A stretch of DNA of 64,000 nucleotides. Origin: the human T2T-CHM13v2.0 reference genome, Homo sapiens. Below the pieces are notes generated by a model. That model saw only the letters and a program-made list of their open reading frames with translations. It was not told the DNA's origin and did not search any database. The DNA lies in assembly GCF_009914755.1 (NCBI RefSeq), contig NC_060930.1. One strand, given 5' to 3'. This document shows positions 44,097 to 59,006 of this stretch, piece by piece. Each line of letters opens with the position of its first letter. Position 1 is the first letter of the stretch. Position numbers and translations under genes: made by a program.

Positions 44097-44879
44097 CTGG
44101 AAATCAAATAATTCCAATCTTTTACATGTTATGCTCAGACATGCAAACTGTTTAGAGTAAGTCAGATTCTTAATTATAACCTATTGCTTTGCTTCCATGT
44201 AAACAAATCCACATCCTTGTTAATACAGATCTGCCCACTGACCTCACGGATCTGCCACTGTTTCATAAAACAGCCAGGAGTACTCATTTATTTAAAAATC
44301 CATTTAAGAGCACTCCAGACAGAAGATGTTAATGAATTAAATCCCAAAGCAGTCTATGTCTTCAGTCTCTCATGAAGAATTAAAGGATTATATGTTCTTC
44401 TTTTATGCCCACCATTTCAACCTTGCTGCTGCTACTCATTGACAGCACCTACTTTCCTCCGTTTTATATATGGCTAATATACTTTGGCAAGTATATATGA
44501 TCTCCCTGATGTGTATCTGGTAGGCTCTAAAACACTATGTGGAAATGCTGATAATACTAATAAGGATACTAGTTTTGGCTTAAATGAGGCATTTGGGGAC
44601 TGCATATACAACATGAAAATAATTTAGATTACAATATGTTAATCAACTGTCAGTTATTGGAGGTGTCCAGTGCTTACCTCATGATTACAGGACAAGACTC
44701 TACTAATCAAGGATTAAACATTTCAGTTATTGGGCTTTACATGCTTTAATAATGTTTCTTTAAATAGGTTATTTTAAGAGGTTCATTTGATTTTGCTAAA
44801 ATCAGATATTAAAATTATCACAAGGAAAATTATCAAAAGGAAACAAAATAGTAAACAATTACAATGATTATTTCTTTTT

Positions 44880-45610
44880 GTTCTTTTGTTTAATTGTATT
44901 TTCAACAAACATCTACGCACCACTCCAGATGCTAGGACCAGCAGTAAACTGAAAAAAGGAGACACTGTCCATATTTTTAGGAAAGACACACAGACTAATT
45001 AAGGAAAAAATACATTCAAAGAGTGACATATAGTGGGAAAATAATAAAACAGAGTGATGTGAGAGTGATCAGAGTGTCACGGGTTGAGGGAAGAGGTGGT
45101 AATTGCTGAAATCTCCAGGAATGAGGTTGATGCATTCGAGGAACAAAAATGAGATCCATACAGTCCAAGGGTGGTGAGGGAGAGGACGGGCTATGGAGGG
45201 CAGAGTCACGCAGTGGCCAGGACATTTAGACCATGAAGGAGTTAGATTTTTCTTTCAAGTACTAAGGAAGTCAATGGAGGGTTCTAAGCAAAGGAGTGAC
45301 ATATTATTATTTACATAAAAACTGACACAAAACCACCTCTGGCTTCTGTCTGGAGGATGGGCCTATAGTGGGGAGGAACGGAGAAGGAAGCTCATTGAAG
45401 AGGTCTGCAACAGTGTAAAGGACAGATGACAGGGACTTGGATTAAGGTGGCAATGATGGAATGAAGAAATCCGACAGATTTGGGGCTGCATTTTTGAGTT
45501 AGAACCAAAGGCTGACAGATTAGATATAGAGGTAATGATTTCTAAGGTTCTGGATGTCAGTGTATGTATGGTGGAATCATGCGGAAGTCTATGAGAAACA
45601 GGTTTGGGGG
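44880..45610 (-). mobile_element. L2 fragment
   Basis: Degenerate L2-like sequence (ttcaacaaacatctac...; gagggttctaagcaaaggagtgacat; gacagattagatatagag). Confidence 0.55.
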
Positions 45611-46741
45611 AACATATCTCCTTACGTGAGTATACCTGAACAATACAAAACTGTGGGTTTGATAATTAGGGCAGCCAATTAGCTTACTTAGAAAAAAAAA
45701 ATTTAAAAACTTTATGAAACCTATGATTCTGACTGTGCCCAATTTGTGCCTGGGCAATCTCAGCAGCATTTGAACAAATTCTCTACTAGCATAGAACACA
45801 GTGAGAAATTCCTTCAAGAGTTTTTTGTTGTTGTTGTGAAATTATCACAGCACTACTCATGCCAAATTCAGGGCTGGGAAAATAAAAATGAAACTAAATA
45901 CTTTTTACTGGAACAAAGTCAACCTATCCCTCCTTTATTAACTATAATTCCTTCTAAATTTTAGATATTATGCAGGACTCTTTTTTCCCCAAAAATATTA
46001 GACATATTTATTTTCTTATTCATTATCTAATTTTAAAAATAGGGCAAATGTCACAGAGGAACTATCAGCAAGAATTTAAGTGACCTAACCAGGATCACAT
46101 AATTAGTAGGAAACTTAAGAAAATAGCAGGTAGGTCTTAGGATTCTTTAATTTAGGCAACTTTAAATTACTTCAATCAGCATTATATAATAGTGGAATTT
46201 AAACTTTTTAAAGTCATTTTTAGAAGTAAAAAGAAATAGATAAAATTTGTCTCTTTCCCAATCAAGAGGAAAAATAAATATTTCTAAGTAGTCCTAAAAA
46301 CATGTTTACGGCATTGACTAGAATATTCAGGTTTATTACAGGTGAGACACTGCTCCTCAGAAGTTCTTGTCACTGCAAATCTGTCTAACTGGCACTTGTG
46401 GCACAAAGATTAGTTTCAGAAAAAAAGTGACACAACTAATTTAGTATCTACATTAAACTCACTACAGAGAAAGTATGCCATGAGGTGAATACTCAGCGAA
46501 GGTATATAATAGATCACAATCACCATGGGAAAGTCAGCACAGTGCTCTATGTATGTATACTGTGAACAGTTGCTTCATAAATATCACAAATCTAAACATT
46601 GCTATTATATTGACAGTCAACAATAAAATGTAATATGGAAAATGTAATATAGAAAAATGAGTTCAGTAGTCAGGCAAGGTTTGAAAACACTGGTTTTAGC
46701 AAAGGTAAACAGTTTCTTTGTTGTAGCACACACCATTGTAA

Positions 46742-46987
<246 letters not shown>

Positions 46988-47969
46988 TAATACAATTTCA
47001 ATTATAAGCATATATATAATTCCAACAGTAAAGAGTCTATGGCCAGAGGCTTGATTTTCTAAGGAATGTTGCTCCAGTTTAAGGGGAGGTAAATAACAAG
47101 CAGAATAAGGTACATCTAAGCAAAGTTAAATGGTCCTTACCAATCTAAAGAGAGCAGGCTAGCAATAAGGAAGATCCAAGTGGCAGTAACTGGCTGGTTT
47201 GTTGTGACAGAAACTGCCATCAAATGTCATCGGGTCCATCAAGAAGAGTCACTGAAGAGACCCACAGAAGCCTATCAAATGGCTTACTATGGAAAGAATT
47301 TGACCAGAAGTGAGGAAAATCTAGTGGGCTCCCAAGACTGTTTCTAGAGACTGAGATGGCCTGAGCCCATACTTAGGGTTTAATAAGACCTAACCACAAG
47401 ATTTTAAAGACCATGGGGACACAGAGATAAATATGTCATCAAAAGAGGCCTACTTAGTCTACACTGCCAAATCTTGAGGCATTTCTGAAGCCACACTGAG
47501 CTCTAAGAGGTGTTCAAATGGTACTCATTTTAGGTCAGGGACCCTGTCTATTGACTCTAATAAAATATTTCTCAAAATGTAAGGTTACTTAAAGCAAATA
47601 CTCCCTAGCATACCAGAAGTTTTCTAGAATCTTGCAATCATTTTGCTAATTCAAGTCTTCCTACTAAGTGAATGCAAGGCAGAAATGGAATGGTCTGGGG
47701 ATCTCCTAAACCTACATTGTTTTAGGGAACAGGGGATGAAGTGAGGAGGAATGAATTCTTCCAGTCAGTTACACTGGAAGATTCACTTACGGTATGTGTG
47801 CACACAAACACACACATGCACACCTTCTCCACACAAGATTTCTATTGTCCTTTATATCTCAGTATTATTTAAAAGCTATATAATTATGTGGTTTAGATTA
47901 AAACATTTAACTCTTTCCATGAGCTCTTTCAAGGGCACATAAAATCGTATTTTAAATCTGGAAGGACTA

Positions 47970-48355
<386 letters not shown>

Positions 48356-48921
48356 TTATCTAGTCCAACAGTCCCTAGGCTTTTATATTTCACAGACCAG
48401 TAAAATTTCCACACACAAAAAAGAGTTCCAACATAGGGTGTTAATCTTTCTGTTTTGACCAGTAAGGACAGTAAAACAAACACAAAAACAAACAGATAAA
48501 ATAAACCTATCTATTATCATTAAAATTTCAAGAAAAGTATCTCAGGATTTAAAAGCTAAAATGAGCTTAGTGAAAAACTTACTGAACTATCGGCATTTAG
48601 GTATGACTAACACCTTAGTTTGTGAAGAAACCTAGAGAGGTGATTAGCTTGTCGGAGACAACATCTGGCTTGAGGCAGAACTATACTCTATTCCACCACA
48701 CTATACTTCTTTCCTTGCTCTCATGGATAAATAATGTCAGTGTTTCAAAGACATACTTTCCAATTTAAGAAAAATGTTTGAAAGCAAGGGACAAAGAAGA
48801 GAACCATAAATCTGAAAAACTGTGGGTGTGTGTGGGGTAGGGTGAGTCAGGATACATTTCACCCATAGGAAGAAAAAGAGAACAAGTAATTGAGTAGTAT
48901 AAAGAATTCTCAAACACTTAC

Positions 48922-48993
48922 CATGACACAACTGCCTAAACTGAGGTGCTGAAGCTCTGAACAGAAGTTCAAAATGCTGAGCAGTGCTGTTTG
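48922..48993 (-). CDS. FBXL4: FBXL4 72-nt coding exon (QTALLSILNFCSELQHLSLGSCVM)
   Basis: Acceptor ctaatggcag|, donor ATG|gtaagt; one LRR; phase 0-0, joining IEDY in frame. Upstream exons lie beyond the right edge of the window. Confidence 0.92.
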
Positions 48994-50485
48994 CTGCCAT
49001 TAGGGACCACATCAGAGGCAAATATGGAAAGTGAATGAAAGTGAAACAAAGAGAAGAGGTCAATTAGACATTAAAGGCTGTCACTGCTTTTCCTGAAATG
49101 CAGCTCAAAAGCTAGGTTACAGAGTCCACAAATGCCATTTAATGAGTCCCCAGAGGCTCCACCATTGATTGGCTTGGAGTCAAGGTAATCATTACTAGTC
49201 TCCATGTAAGTAATCACTTTGTGTATGGTTTTGGATGCCCTAAAGATACCTATATTCCCTATGACCTCTCGGTTCATTTCCCAAAGGTAAGCAATTTGAA
49301 AGTCTGGCTACAATTGAACAACAAGACAAGCTAAACCACTCCTCCCTCCAAAAACAAAAACAAAAAGACAAAAAACCCGCAGCAGGCTGGTGACACTCCT
49401 GAAGAATGGCTGCAGCTCTGACATTCACTGATCAGCTGCAGCTTGATGGAACTGCCAATAGAGTCACCCCAAATCAGGATTGAGCTGGTGACTTTAATGT
49501 CAAAGGATTCTCTTTGCTGACAAGGATACCAACAACCATTGAGCACCTGTCAGTAGCAACATGCTGACTGAAATATATATAATATGTACTTTCTAGTCAT
49601 GTTCCTGCCATTTAAGCCCATCTATCCTGTGCAATGAAAATGGTCTCACCACTAAAGAAACCCAAAGACTGCTACATAATCATGGCACCCTAAAATATTT
49701 TTTTAAAAAAGTCTGCTATGAAAAATTGTGAAAAACAAAATAATGCAAAATATTCAAATTTCTAATTTTTCTTTTATCAATTAAGGAGAAAACTATTCAA
49801 ACTTACATGGCAAAATATCTTATACATTTTTAAATATATTTAAAAATTAAGATATTATACAACTTCTGTAAAAATCTGTTCCAAGTGATCAGAAACTAAA
49901 AACTATCAGTTGAGGGAAAGGTGAAGAATGTGTCAATGAAAATGTAAAACATTTGGTCAAATCCCAGATAAAGATTCTCATTGAGAAAATAAAGTAATAA
50001 AATATTTCTCAAATGTAAGGTTACTTAAAGCAAAAATAATAATAGTTACAATAGGCCACAGAGGACTATTATACTTAAGTCTAATTATTTCATTATTGAG
50101 CATTTCTTTGAATTTAAACAAAAAAAGTTTATATTGATTTTATACTTAAGTTTCAACATAACAACATTTATAAAACAATCCCATGTAGCTCTCAGAATGT
50201 TAACATTAGAAAGGGTATATTAAGATAATTTAATTTTCAGGTTCTTCACAATACTTAGCCATGTTAACTAATTAACAGACAGGAACATAACATTAGGTTT
50301 GTTTTTTTTTTAATTACAGGACCATATCCATATTAAAAGGTTGTTTTATAAGATTTTCCCTTAAGTAAGATCCAGAGAATATTAGAATTTTTAGAAAGAA
50401 TCTCATAAATTCTTGTTGGTAAGAAATTTTAAATTAAAAAATACACATACATAGAGATAAATACACACATACATATAATTCACAC

Positions 50486-53220
50486 AACTTGTTTGGTAAT
50501 TTATTTTTAAATTACTTACTATGAAGAATCTCAAATACACAAACAAGTATAGGTTCCAATATAACACCCATGTAGCCACCACTCAGTTTTGTCAACTCTT
50601 AACATTTTGACATTCTTTGCTTATCTGGCTACATTGTTGTATGGCTCCATCCATTCACATACTTCCTCAGAGGTAAACTTTATCATGACTCGGTGTTTAA
50701 AACATGCTTGAAAATATATAATTTTCCAATACATTATGTATCCATAAGTAGCACATAATATTGTTCTACATGGTTTCTATATAAATGGTATTACGATGTG
50801 AATATACTTCTGCATCTTCTTCATCAGTGTGAGGGATCTGTCCATGTTGATACATATAGCTCTAGTCCACTAATCTTTAATGAAACTTGTTTGGTAATTT
50901 ATTTTTAAATTACTTACTATGAAGAATCTCAAATATACAAACAAGTGTAGGGTCCAAAAGAATGCCCATAATAACCATGTAGCCACCACTCAATTTATCA
51001 ACTCAATATTTTGTTTACCTCACTACATTTTTGTATCCCTCCATCCATTCACGTACTTCCTCAGAGGTAACCTTTATTATGACTTGGTGTTTAAAACATG
51101 CTTGAAAATATACAATTTTACTATACGTTATGTATCCATAAGTAGCATATAATATTAACATTAGAAATTGTATAATATTCCATTATGCAAATATATAATA
51201 GCATACAATCTCATTTGATTGATATTTAGTTGCTTACAATTTTCACCATTACAAACAGTGTTAGAATAAACATTCCTTTATGTGCTTCCTTGTGCATTTA
51301 TAGAAGAGTATTTCTCTAGAGAACACACCAGAAGGAGAATTTCCAGGTGTTTATGTATTCTTTGACTTTATTTGGCTTTGCAAAATAGCTCTTCTGAGTG
51401 CTTAAATTAACCTATTCTCCCATCAGTACTGTAAGACTGTTAGGTCCCCACATCTTTACCAACATACGTAGACTTTTCATCCTTTTTAATATCTGCCTGT
51501 CTCATGAGTACAGAATGGTATAATTTGCATTAGTATGATTACTAGTGAGACTGAAGATCTTTTCATATGTTCATTGGCCATTCATATTTCCTGCTCTGTA
51601 AATTGCTTAATCACATCCTTTGCTGATTTTTCTTTCCATTGGGTTGTTTCTTCCTTCTTGACTTCTGGAATTCTTTATTCATGCTGGATACCAATCTTTG
51701 TCAGTTATATCAGCTATAAATACCTTCTCTGAGGCATGTCTTTTCACTGTTTACTGGATTTTCTGAGATGTGAACATTTTAAATTTTAATATGACTATAT
51801 TAAATGTGCCATTAATCCTTTTCCCCCTTATGTTTGTATCCTGTTGTTTTTTCCAAAAAGTTCTTCTTTAGCTAAGGAAGAATCTAAGATTCTTTTTTTT
51901 TAAAATCAGAGTTTTAGAGTCTTTCTTTTTTGCACTTAGGTTTTTAACCCAACTACAATTGATTCTTATATGGTAGGATATCAAATTTCATTTTCCCCAC
52001 ATTGTTCCAGTTTGATTTATTGAAGACTTCATTGTATCCACTGATTTGTAATGCTTTCTGTCATATATAAGGTTTCCATATACGCATGAGTCTACTTCTG
52101 GGTCATTTTGTTTCACTGGTCTATTTTCCATTCCCTGCACCAACATTTCTGTCTTAATTATTATACTTCATAAGTCTTTAAATCTAGTATGGCAAATAGC
52201 TTTTCCTCATTCTTCAAACATCTCTTAGCTGCTGTTGGCCCTTTGCTCTTTCATGTGAACTTTAGAATCACCTTAAAGGTTTTAGTTTTTACCTTTTAGA
52301 AATAATACAAAAAGATTAATTTTTCTTAAATTAATCTCCCCTCCATGGTCATTAGTTAATTTACTAGCATTTTATCAATTTCTGTGTCATAATTTTTTTT
52401 TATATCTGATACTTCCTTACAGAATTTGTCTTTTTGTTGAGAAATATTTTTAATTGTTCTTTTACTGAGTGTCTACAGGTGATAAAATCTTAACAACAAA
52501 CATTTATTGAGTACTTATTAACATGTCAGGTAGCATTGCTGTAAATTCTTTATATATATAAATCCTCACAACAATCCTATTCACTCATTCATTCATTTAA
52601 TAAACAGTTATTGCATGCCTACTATGTGTTAGGCACCGTTTAGGCACTTGGGATATAACAGTGAACAGAACAGTTAACCTATAAGGTAAATACCGTTATT
52701 TACCTATCCTATCATTATAAATGGGGAATCAGAAAGACAGAAACTTAAATAACTTAATGTTTACCCTCAATCTTTTTTTAAAATAAATTTTATTGTGCAT
52801 ATTTGAGATTTTTCCTCAATCTAGAACGAAAGTTTAGCTAGACTTCGAATTTTCAGATGACAGTTACCTTCTTTCAACACTCTGAAAACATTACTCCATT
52901 GCTTATGAGTCTCTTACTTGATAAGAAGTCTACTGTCAATCTAATTGTTTTCCTCTGCAGGTAATATATCTTTTGTCTCTGATAGCTCTTGTCCCTTTAT
53001 TTTTGATCTCCTGCAATTACATCACAATCTGTCTAAAAATGTATTTTCATTTATTTTGTTTAAAACCCCAAGTGCCCATTTTGATCTGAAGACTCATATC
53101 TCTCTTCATGAAAGATAATGATTCTTAACAATTCTCTCTTCAAATATTACTTTTCTACCATTCCTTCCATTTTTTTCTTCAGTAACTTCTATTCAATGAA
53201 CACTGGAGTATAACACTGGA
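50486..53220 (-). mobile_element. Very old L1 (L1ME-like) fragments with MIR/L2 pieces
   Basis: Antisense L1M-like text (tttcatatgttcattggccattcatatttcc; gttggccctttgctctttcatgtgaactttagaatca); L2/MIR piece at about 52490-52760. Confidence 0.6.
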
Positions 53221-53229
53221 GTCTCCTAG

Positions 53230-54582
53230 TACCAGCGGTTAGAGTGGTTTGAAAAATATGTCCACGTGTTATTCTATATGCTTTCCTTCCAGAGGTAGAG
53301 CTTAATTCCTCTCCCTTTGAGAGAGTGGGCTTAACTTAGCGACTCACTTTTAACAAACAGTATATTGTAGAGGTGATATAGGTCACTTTCAATATTACAT
53401 TTATGATGGTTAATTTTATGTATCAGCCTTACTAGGCCATGGGGTACCCAGATATTTAGTTAAACATAATTCTGGGTGTTTGTTTGTTTTTGAGATGGAG
53501 TCTCACTCTGTCCCCATGCTTGAGTGTAGTGGCACAATCTCAGCTCACTGCAACCTCTGACTCCCTGGTTTAAGCGATTCTCCTGCCTCAGCCTCCCAAG
53601 TGGCTGGGATTACAGGCATGTGCCACCACACCCAGCTAATTTTTATATTATGCAGAGGTGGGGTTTCACCATGTTGGCCAGGATGGTCTCGACCTCCTGA
53701 CCTCATAATCCACCCACCTCGGCCTCCTAAAGTGCTGAAATTACAGGTGTGAGTCACTACGCCCTGCCAATTCTGGGTGTTTCTGTGAGGTTGTTTTTGG
53801 ATGAGATTAACATTTAAATCAGTAGACTGAATAAAGCACATTGCCCTACCTAATGTGGGTGGGCCTCATCTGATCAGCTGAAGGCCTGAATAGAAAAAAC
53901 AGGCTGACCCTCCCTCAAATAAGAGAGAATTCTTCCAAATTCAGGAAAAAAAACAATGTCTGATGGCCTTCAAACTGGGACGCTGGTTTCTTCCTGAATT
54001 TGGTTATAAACTGAAACATCAGCTCTTCCTGGGTCTTAAACCTGCTACCTGTCAGACTACAACTACACTATCAGCTCTCCTGGGTTTCCAGCTTGCCAAT
54101 TCGTCCTGCAGATTTTGAGACTTGCCAGCCTCATATCATGTCAGCCAATTCCTTATAATAAATATCTTTATCTCCTATTGGTTCTGATTTGGAACCCTCC
54201 TAATACAGTTATAAAAAGGCTGTGGCTCCTGTCTTGGCTTCCTCCCTCCCAACTTGATCCCTTGTGGGGAAGCCAGCTGCCATGTCATGAGGACACTCAG
54301 GCAGCCTATGGAGAGGCCTGTGTGGAGGGAACAGGGGCCTCTGGTCACAAGCTGAAGGGGAACTGTAGCAACATCCCCCTGAGTTTGGAGGCTGAGCCAC
54401 CAGCCATAGTCAAGCACCAGATAACAACCTGGCTGCAACCTCCTTAGAGACCCTGAGCCAAAACTACCCAGCTAAACCACTCCCAGGTTCCTGACCCACA
54501 GAAAACGTGTGAGATAATACATGTAGGTTGTTTTAAGCCACTAATTTTGAAGCAATTGATATATAGCAATAGATAAATAACA
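53230..54582 (+). mobile_element. MLT1-type LTR split by an MLT2 LTR (about 53402-54205), which is itself split by an Alu
   Basis: MLT1-like halves at 53230-53400 and 54206-54582; MLT2 start tgatggttaattttatgtatcagc and end cctattggttctg...cctaataca. Confidence 0.7.
53482..53768 (-). mobile_element. AluS with 14-bp TSD
   Basis: TSD aattctgggtgttt at 53468-53481 and 53769-53782. Confidence 0.93.
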
Positions 54583-55335
54583 GAGTCACTAGTATATAGT
54601 AGGCACAATATATATTTATTAAATGAGTAGGACTGCCTTGCCTTAGGAGTAAATGAGAGAGAGAGAGAGAGAGATTTATTGATTGAGATTGTGTGGGTGT
54701 GTATAAAACTTACAGCAGTGTCTGACATACCTTTTAGAAATCTGAGTACATTCCTCAGACTTCTCTTCTAATTTAGTAATCCTGTGTCCAATTTAGAATT
54801 TATCACATCTATTCATTATTTCCTAATGACTATACTTTATTTGCTAGATTTCCAATCAGTTTTTTTCACAACTATGTGTTCTTGTTTTAGTCTATTTATG
54901 TTTCAAAATTTCTAGTTCTTTTTCACAAGGTACTTTCACTATTTCTTTGAACTGCCATCTCCTGACCCCATCTTTTTTTATTCCTCCTTGTCTAAGGGTC
55001 TTGCACATTGCTCCCTTCTAGAACCAGGACTTCTGCTGAAGGTATAGAGGTCCTGCTCTGCAGTGGCACTGCGGATACTGCAGGACCAGTAGAAGGCTTA
55101 GCTCAGTTCTGACCAGGAGGCATGGCCAATACCAGGTCACTATATACTTTTTGGTATATCTGCCCAAAACAAAATCTCTTCTTTCTCTAAGACTTCCATC
55201 CAAACTCCTGGGTGGGGTGGCTTGGAACACTGTCACCTAGCTGATTATCCCCAGACTGGGACAATAAGATTCTCATGATACAGTTTGAGATAAATTCCCT
55301 ATACAATCAGTTCTTTGAATTAAAAGTAAGAGTAA

Positions 55336-55655
55336 GGCCAGGTGTGGTGGCTCACGCCTATAATTCTAACACTCTGGGAGGCCAAGGAGGGAGGACAGCT
55401 TGAGCCCAGGATTTCAAAACCAGCCTGGGCAACATGGTGTGAACTCATCTCTACAAAAAATGTAAATAAATAAAAATAAAAAAAATTAGCCAGGAATAGT
55501 GGCACATGCCTGTGGTCCCAGCTACTTGGGAGGCTGAGGTGGGAAGACTGCTTGAGACCAGGAGGTCAAGGCTGCAATAAGCTGTGACCATGCCACTGTA
55601 CTCCAGCCTAAGCGAATGAGCAAGAACCTGTCTGCAAAAGAAACAAACAAAAAAA
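55336..55655 (+). mobile_element. AluJ
   Basis: Full dimer flanked by aaaagtaaga-like TSD. Confidence 0.9.
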
Positions 55656-56531
55656 GTAAGATAATGGTAAGAAAAAATATTTATTGTCAAGAATACTATA
55701 TTAACCTGTCTGGACTGTTCTTCAGAGAAATCACAACTTCTGCTTATTGTGTATCTTAAAGATTGTAACTTTAAGGCACAGACCTAACAGCATATCCTCC
55801 TAACTCACTTTTGAACTGAAGTCTAATTATATATGTCTAGAAAACATTTGTGAAATGGTAGATGCATTATTTTCTCTGGGAGAATTTCAAGTCATAGAAG
55901 AGGAATTCACAGCAAATATTTTACAGTAACTTAGTCTGTACATTAAACTGGGAATTAAAAAATCATTTAATATTAGAACTATCATTTTTAAAATCCTCAG
56001 CTTGAAAAGGAATTAACATAGAATAAAAGAGATTTATGTTGAATGATATAACTGATCTTTGCTGAATAAGAGACGTGAGATCAAATGCTGAGACCAAGAT
56101 ATTGCGAGATGGAAGTGATGGTAATGGAAAGAACAATGATGACCTTGGAAGAGATACTGTGAGGAATTAACAAGAGGTCAAATAGAAATAAATCAAAGGG
56201 CTGACAGGTAGCACTGAGGTGAGTAAGCACAAATTAACACAGTTTCATGGCTTTCTCCAGCAAAGCTCATCAGCAAAAGCCAGAGACTCTGGGAGTACCC
56301 AGGTTTAGAGAACATGCCTATGGAATCAGTTTACAATGTCTTTAAATCCAGTTAACCCGTTTCCTCCTAAAATATCTTTAAAATATTCTTTCTCCATGCT
56401 ATTAGTATTCAGAATTAAAATGTTGTTACTGATGTCAAAGCAAAGAGAATAAACTACGGAGAAATTAACTCTTCATTTCCAGATACAGAAGGACCTGATT
56501 TTGTAGAGACCACCAACTCAATAGTTTGGAG

Positions 56532-56752
56532 CAGGAGTTGGCAAACTACTGTCCACAGGCCAAATCCAGCCTACTGCCTGTTTTTGTAAATAAAGTTTTA
56601 CTGGAACACAGACATTCCCACTCATTAATGTATTGTCTGTGACTGTTTTCACACTACAACAGCAGGATTGAGTAGCTGTGATAGAGCCCATAGGGCCTGC
56701 AAGGCCTAAAGTATTTACTACCTAGCCCTTCACAGAAAAAGTTTGCCAATCT
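56532..56752 (+). mobile_element. MER58A-type MITE (Charlie/hAT family)
   Basis: caggagttggcaaactactgtccacaggccaaatccagcc...cagaaaaagtttgccaatctct; ends homologous to the element at 38632-41083. Confidence 0.85.
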
Positions 56753-57799
56753 CTACTTAGGAGAACAAAACAATTCTACTATAATGAGTATATGCAGCAC
56801 TGCTACATATCTAGAACACACAAATGGATGGATCAAAGCTATATTATTAGGTGTACTGTGAAAATGGCACAGTATTTATTCAGAAATGAAAAGTGAAAAA
56901 TTCTATGAACCTCTTATTTAAGACATAAAGTATCTTTCAGGTCCCCAAGTCTACACATTCTGCTGGTTAGGTCTCAAAACTCATTCAATAGAAGTACAAG
57001 AGTAGTTCTATAAAACTAAAATATAATTAAAATAGCAGCTTTAATAGTGCAAGGCAGCAGATTCATTTTCAAATGAGTTTGTAATTTTCAAACAAAGGGC
57101 AACCTTACTTAAACAACTATGGCAAGGCATTCACTAAGGAGTGACTGGGTCCATGATAATTTCTTCTACAGAATTACCAAAACATACTCTAGGTGCATGC
57201 TGTCATCTAGCAGTAGAATACATGTTCATAAACAATGATTTATTTTACATTCCACCTAAAATCTACCTATTAACCCTGTTCAGCAGCTTCAAAACCCAAT
57301 GAATAACTTCAAGTAATAAATTCAACAATTCGCCACACATAAGAAGCATACGCTTCTTAACCTGGGATCAAACTGGAAGAGTAAACACATAATTAAATAT
57401 TCAAGTTGGTCACATGACACTCAGCCATTGTGAAATGCCAAAGGTAAAGAAGTAAACAGCAAAATATTATAACAAGTTATAACTGGAGAGAAAGGCAAGA
57501 GACAAGTTCAACGTGAACAGTTTTTATTAATGCAATTAGGCAAAAACAACTGTAAAGCATGCTTATAGCATCAGGGTTCCGGACCTTCCTATACAACTCA
57601 GGAAAGGACTGCAAAGGAATTAGTCCATAAACACCATACTCCAATGATTATAACAGGAGGAAGACTGTTTCCCCCTACTTTCACAACTGCCTTCTTGTTT
57701 GTTTAGCAAGTTTATTCCCCCTAGTGTCCTTTAGTGAAGCTTCCAAATACTCAGACTACTACAATGACTACAATGACTACTGCTAAGAAAATGATTTCA

Positions 57800-58066
57800 C
57801 TGCACTTTGGGAGGCTGAGGTGGGCAGATCACTTGAGCTCAGGAGTTTGAGACCAGCCTGGGAACATGGCAAAACCCCATCTCTACAAAAAATACAAAAA
57901 TTAGCTTGGCACGGTGGTGCATGCCTATAGTCCCAGATACTTTGGAGGCTGAGCTAGAAGGATCACTTGAACCTGGCAGGCAGAGGTTGCAGTGAGCTGA
58001 GATCACACCACTGCTCTAGCCTGGGTGACAGAGTGACACCCTGTCTCAAAAAAAAAAAAAAAAAAA
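57800..58066 (+). mobile_element. 5'-truncated Alu (J-type)
   Basis: Starts at gcactttgggagg; poly(A); TSD-like aatgatttca/aatggtttca. Confidence 0.88.
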
Positions 58067-59006
58067 CAATGGTTTCAATTTCAAAAACAGTTTTAGTTAG
58101 TGAAATGATGGATAACAGATGTGGAAGTTTGGTGTATGCAGATATGAAGTGCCATTCAGTTATAAAGAATTATTATTAATGCCTTTACTTGTTAAGAAGA
58201 AATTTATTAATAGATAAAAGGCATTAATTCAAATTTTCATTGACAGCTTTTTAAGAAACGTTACCCATAAACTTTATAACTTCCCACCCTCCAGGCTTCT
58301 AAAGTGCTAAGCAAAACTACTTAATAAAAATAACCAATATTTATTATACTCAAATATAACTTTTAGATAGTCCAGATTTATAGCTTAGAATTATATTTAT
58401 GCATACCTGTACATTTTATAATATACTGAGACCTTGTATAATCAATGTATGCAGTAATATGTTTGCTATTTTACATTAATGTAAGTTTTTAGCTGTTACA
58501 ACTAGTTTATGACTTTTTTTGCTCAGTGTTAAGAATTGTTGGTTATCTTTAATAAAGAATGTAACCCTTAATTATAACACTCAATATAGGACAGTAGGAT
58601 TCCAAATTAGTATTCTCCATTCTAAAACATGATTCCTAGAAAGCATATTAATAAGGGATAGGTAACAAGTGTACATATTACAGACAAAGACTAGCTAAAA
58701 TATAGACTAGTTATATAACGTGATCAGAAACAAATGTACTTTCATTGATTATACTACATTTCAAACACATCAGAGCACTATCTCAGAGTAAGGTGGTGAA
58801 ATTTTATAAAAGTATATTCACTAAATGAAAATTCATAAATTTGCATAACAAATGTCTCCAAAGAAATCCTAAGAACACAACCACTCAATTACTGGAGTGT
58901 AAAATACATGTATAAGTGTAAATCTTTCTCTAATTAAATTTTTTTTGGCTCCACTCTTCCAATTTCAATAAACTTGGTGAAGAAGAATATAGAATAAAAG
59001 TTGAAA

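Noticed and set aside
44097-44117. N-terminal MELFDFQ of the 161-aa minus ORF
   Set aside because: Intronic sequence and acceptor upstream of the true exon start at 44096.
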